Positions 60,001-64,000 of a DNA stretch of 64,000 nt are shown piece by piece (position 1 is the first letter of the stretch; the number at the start of each line of letters is the position of its first letter). The translations under genes and the position numbers were made by a program. Below the pieces are notes generated by a model. It had not been told where the DNA came from, made no database searches, and saw only the letters and a program-made list of their open reading frames with translations. The DNA comes from Phoronis australis. Taxonomy: Eukaryota > Animalia > Phoronida. The stretch covers positions 2,128,809-2,192,808 of the forward strand of contig NMRA01000008.1 of assembly GCA_002633005.1 (NCBI GenBank), in the 5' to 3' direction.

Positions 60001-62696
60001 CGGCGCTTTTGTGAATCTTTCAACCTGTCACTCTAGTAACAAAAATGATGACCTGAAAAATGTAAATAAAACGAAAGTCACATTCTTCCATTCCTACCTG
60101 TCACGTTTGCCTTCATAATCAAAACTCAAATCCACATTAACATGTTCGTCAGGGGCAATGTCTTCTCCTGTGAACTTAGCTCCCGTTTTCCGCGGTCTTT
60201 CTAAGCAGTCTTTCTTCTTGTGTGTCATCGCCCCGCAGTTCTCACATGCTCCCTTCCTGAATTTAGTGGCTATTGGTCCCTAGCAAAGAGCAAAGTCCAT
60301 AGTTAAGGTATTAGTTCTACACTTTCATACAAATACAGTGTAAGGCCAAAGTAATCCAATTAAATGATCTGGAATTCCCCCTCATGATGGCTCAGCTAAG
60401 GCATAATTCACGACCCTAGCGGCAGCATGTCATGACCACGAACAACAAAAATTTAGTGGAAAGTTAACAAAGTGAAGCATAATTCTGTAGCCACGGTTTT
60501 TCTGGAATGATGAGTCATGACGGGCCATCGCCATATAGTTTTGCTAGGAGCATAATTAGGCAACATGGCACAGAGACAGCATTCAACTTGACTACTTTTG
60601 GCAGAATGTGTTATGAAAGCGATGTCAGTATTATTTGCCAGACAATGAAATTTTGTTGTTCGGAATGAAAGTTGTATCCAGGATACCTATCTTGAAACAA
60701 TTCACGTGTAAGTGTGCCAGACTAGAAAATTTCATAATCTTGGTCTTATGTTAGACTAAAACATTCTGAAATAGTCATCCAATAGCTCATTGCAAATGAG
60801 CCCTCACACTGCAGGGCCTTTGATGCCTCGATTTTGGGGCTGAATAATGACCCAACTCCACTATGAAAAATATCAAAAATTTCTCTAATCTGGTCAAAAA
60901 GTTCCTCTCCAATGATAAAAAATCCCCTCAAGGTTAGAATCATTTCTGCAAAATGTTAGTTCTGGGTACTTGAGTTATTACTGATAATGGGTGGTGAGGA
61001 GGGTTGAATTGGCGGTGGGCAGGGGGTTCCCCCTCAGCCAAAAATTCCCTTCCCAGAAGGCATGCAACTTTCCTCGTTCCAATGAGGGTCTTGCGTTGCA
61101 TTTGCTTTTTGTGACAGACTTCGTCACGGTTACTGGTGGTGTGGCCACACAATGGAGATTTGATCACACCAAAAGCTGATCAGTACCACGACCACTAACC
61201 GCCATATGATGATATGCACAAATGGAAATAAAAGACAAGATTGTGCAACGTGAGCAAAGTACCTCAGGTTATGTTATCACAAATAGAAAGATTTTTTCAA
61301 CATTTAGCATTTGTCTATCTTGTACGACAGTCTTCCTCAGACAGACTTAACTACTGCTGGCTGTTGTTTGTTGGAACATGTGCGATCAATACCCCGTTAT
61401 AAATGTGCAGGTATTGACCAGACACATATCAAACATCAACAACCAACAGCCAGCAACAGTTGCGTTATTCTAAGGAAGACTACCGCCTAAGACAGACAAA
61501 AGCTAAATGGTTAGAAAATCTTCCCGCTTGTAACAAGATAAGTTAAACTGACATCACAATGTATTACACAGCTGATGAACATCCTTAGACATGGGTGAAA
61601 TAATTCAAATCATCACCACGTAACACAGCCTGCCATGACAATAACGCGCTGTACCTGTTTCACGCCTTTCTTGAACCACTGATTCATCTTGGCGTACACT
61701 TTCTTGTTTTCCTCTGGCTCTCGCTGATGTTTTAGTGTTGGCACTTTGGAGCCGATGTACCAAGGGGCTTGCATGATGTACTGTGGAATGTGGGGGTTGA
61801 TATCCCTGGTGTAAAACAATAGGAAACATTACTAACCCATATATATATATATGCTCATTAGATCACGTGATGTGGCCAATAGGTGGGGTGCAGAACAGAC
61901 TCAAAAAATGTTTATGATTACCACCCATAGCAAGGATTGATAAACACTGATAAAAGTATAATTCATATTGTGAATACTAGATGAATTTAATTTAACCTGC
62001 ATTTTTCTCTGTTTAAGAAATCTAACTAAAATGCAAAACTGCAGTTAGCCACTCACTGTAAAAATTATTCGGCCTACATTCCCTACCGTGACCGGATTAT
62101 TAATAAGAAAACTGACCATAAGCAGCTCAAGAAAACATTTCAGATTTAATTGGGGTTCGCCAACCCAAAAAGTGCAAATTTGAAAATGGTGCATGTACAC
62201 ATAGCTTGTGACTTCAGAAAGTGTTGGAAATAGAATCTAATCTTGGTAAGGAATTTTTTTATATCGATTTCATTAAAGTAAAAGGCCCAATTCGATTTTC
62301 TTTTTAGCCAGCTGAACAAGACAAGATGCAGCTTTAATATTTCTAATACTAGTAGACACAGGTAAGTGAACTGAGTGTACGTTTTGAGAGGAGCTAAAAT
62401 TCTCTGGAGATGGACATTCAACAACATGAGCATTTTTAAGGAACTTCAAATCTCAACTGCATAAAAATTTTGGTGATGATATACACAAACACAGGCACTG
62501 TTAAACCACAAATTACTCACTTCCCTTCCTCATCCACCATTGCTGGCACTGTGCCAGCTTTCCTAGCCTCCTCCAGTTCTTTCATTTTCTTGTAGTCTTC
62601 CCGAGACTTTTTTCTCATTTCATCGCCATCTTTTTCTTCCTCTGTTTTAGCCTCTCTGGCCACCACAGAAGGTGGCATGTTAAGTTGAAACGACAT
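48015..62696 (-). CDS. SLU7: Pre-mRNA splicing factor SLU7, about 580 aa. Exons 62696-62521, 61805-61655, 60279-60098, 59508-59373, 58036-57914, 57387-57290, 56593-56520, 55238-55042, 54133-54029, 52541-52434, 51397-51326, 49286-49140, 48188-48015
   Basis: [31 protein letters not shown]; zinc knuckle [25 protein letters not shown]; [38 protein letters not shown]; [10 protein letters not shown]; VWGSYW...WGYKCCHS; DERKRPYNS...DDPMSQF. Phases are consistent. Confidence 0.97.
49555..50691. mobile_element. Tc1/mariner-like MITE interrupted by an 822-bp insertion
   Basis: TA-CAGTAGAAGACAAAA ... TTTTGGCTTATACTG-TA ends. 50455-50691 aligns in reverse complement with the empty copy at 58230-58480. 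Confidence 0.7.
49614..50138 (+). pseudogene. 5'-truncated intronless ubiquitin-specific protease (peptidase C19/USP) domain
   Basis: Open frame ...[37 protein letters not shown]...FSCPNC...[14 protein letters not shown]...[24 protein letters not shown]...WINFDDSTV...DAYIAIYEL*. It has two zinc-finger CxxC pairs, the His box and the Asp box; the Cys box is absent. Confidence 0.85.
50865..50940. repeat. Short interspersed repeat with a terminal hairpin; inverted copy at about 62146-62220
   Basis: agtcacaagcaatgcgtacat...gggttagccaacccc is mirrored by ggggttcgccaaccc...atgtacacatagcttgtgact. Confidence 0.55.
59020..59280. repeat. Interspersed repeat; inverted copy at about 60813-61055
   Basis: gattctaatcttgagggga...tttttatcat...cccaaaatcgaggcatcaa is found reverse-complemented at 60815-60945. 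Confidence 0.7.
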
Positions 62697-63621
62697 AATG
62701 TCAGATGAGCCTGAAGAATAACATAAAACACATGAGTTCACTGACGTTCATCGAGCCTTGAACAACTGTTAAATGTAAACGCAATATTGCAAATGATAAA
62801 GTTATTCTAAAAGGAATATGTGGAAATATATAACTCACTTTATCTCAGAGCATGTGATACACAAAACCAAAAGGAAACTAGACACGCAACTGAAATACAC
62901 AAACACCGTTACATAGTACAAACTTAATCCAGACGCGTACAGGCAATATGAACCTTATTGCTGCTAGATTGTTATGCCACAGCAAAATTTACAAAATCAC
63001 TGTGTGTCTCCATTTCTTTTGACATTTACTATAATTTGAAACACTCCTCTTCAGTCAGTTTCCCTGAATCCGATTCAATCCGATTTTGATCCAAAGTCAA
63101 AGGACTTCACAAACATTGTAATTACCTTTGAAGAGCAAAACAGAGTCACTTCTTTACCATGTACATTTGTGGTGTTAGTTCAAATTAAATACCTGACTGT
63201 CCTAAGGGGGAGAGCTAATGTTGGAAAAATGGAATTAAAAACATTTGGCTGGATGTGGAGGCATCCCACTATAAGGTTACTTAAGAAAGGCAGAAGCTAG
63301 AGTGTGTTATTATATTTTAAAGGGGTGTAAGATGGTCAATTCCTTATATGGAACTTCCGATGACGAAATTTTTAGTTCTATTTTGATTGGTTTTTACATT
63401 TAACTTGAGACCCTATTTTAGCGTAATTTGGAACGGTGCGAATAAGCCTATAAAAATGGGCCCCTCACGCTAAAACTTCGGATTCTGCCGGGTCTCAACT
63501 CTATCTGCAAGGAATCGCAACCAAGCAAACTAACTGTTTGGGTCTTTTAAATTTGGACTTTGACGTTTTTCAGCGAATTCTTCTTGTTTATAAATTCTTT
63601 GGGTTATAAGTCAAAGCTGCG

Positions 63622-63647
63622 ATGTCGACGGAAGTTAGCGATGAGTT
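63622..63647 (+). CDS. Possible first coding exon of the next (divergent) gene, MSTEVSDE...
   Basis: ATG in a CpG-richer patch followed by a perfect GTAAGT donor. Too short to identify. Confidence 0.25.
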
Positions 63648-64000
63648 GTAAGTTTGTAGATTTGTGTTTCATATATTTATTGCATAATAAAACTTAGTAT
63701 ATTTATCTTCTCTCTTGTTTCACTCTCTATAAGTTGTCACCATGGTTCTCTCGTATGCGATTTGAACGAGTGAAAAAGTACACAACGCTGCAAATATTTT
63801 TATCAGCTACGAACAGTCGACATTTTAGAAATTTAACTAAGTAGATCGATGCTGGTCGCTCCACCGATTCCCGTTACAGTTGTAAAACCCATGTAAGCTG
63901 AGGAACCAACATGTTCATAATAAATACTGGGGAACCCAATGTTCGTCCGCCTAAGCATAAAACCGACTTGCTGTTGTACTCACCGAATTATTCCACTTCA

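Overview
This is eukaryotic DNA from an intron-rich, AT-rich invertebrate-like genome, with one assembly gap (about 3900-4715). Five spliced genes can be reconstructed by hand from GT-AG boundaries and reading phase: (1) the 5' part of a Ki-67 (MKI67) orthologue on the minus strand, with FHA, PP1-binding RVxF, WADVVK domain and S/T-P-K repeats; (2) a divergently transcribed, unrecognised ~385-aa basic TPK-rich protein ending in a CaaX box (CAIQ); (3) RMND5/GID2, the CTLH E3 RING subunit, minus strand; (4) an AMN1-like BC-box/LRR protein, plus strand; (5) the splicing factor SLU7, minus strand. The genes sit in head-to-head pairs. Introns hold tRNA-derived SINEs, a solo LTR, Tc1/pogo-, hAT5- and Mutator-like MITEs, Helentron-like repeats carrying CTCF-consensus motifs, and a perfect 16 x 38-bp minisatellite. 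The main anomalies are: an 822-bp intronless, uninterrupted ubiquitin-specific protease (USP) fragment with a 21-bp target duplication, inserted into a MITE inside a SLU7 intron; the putatively farnesylated Ki-67 neighbour; an 89-bp hairpin downstream of the RMND5 stop; and duplicated RMND5 exon ends that look like micro-exons. All coordinates were counted by hand and no database search was run.
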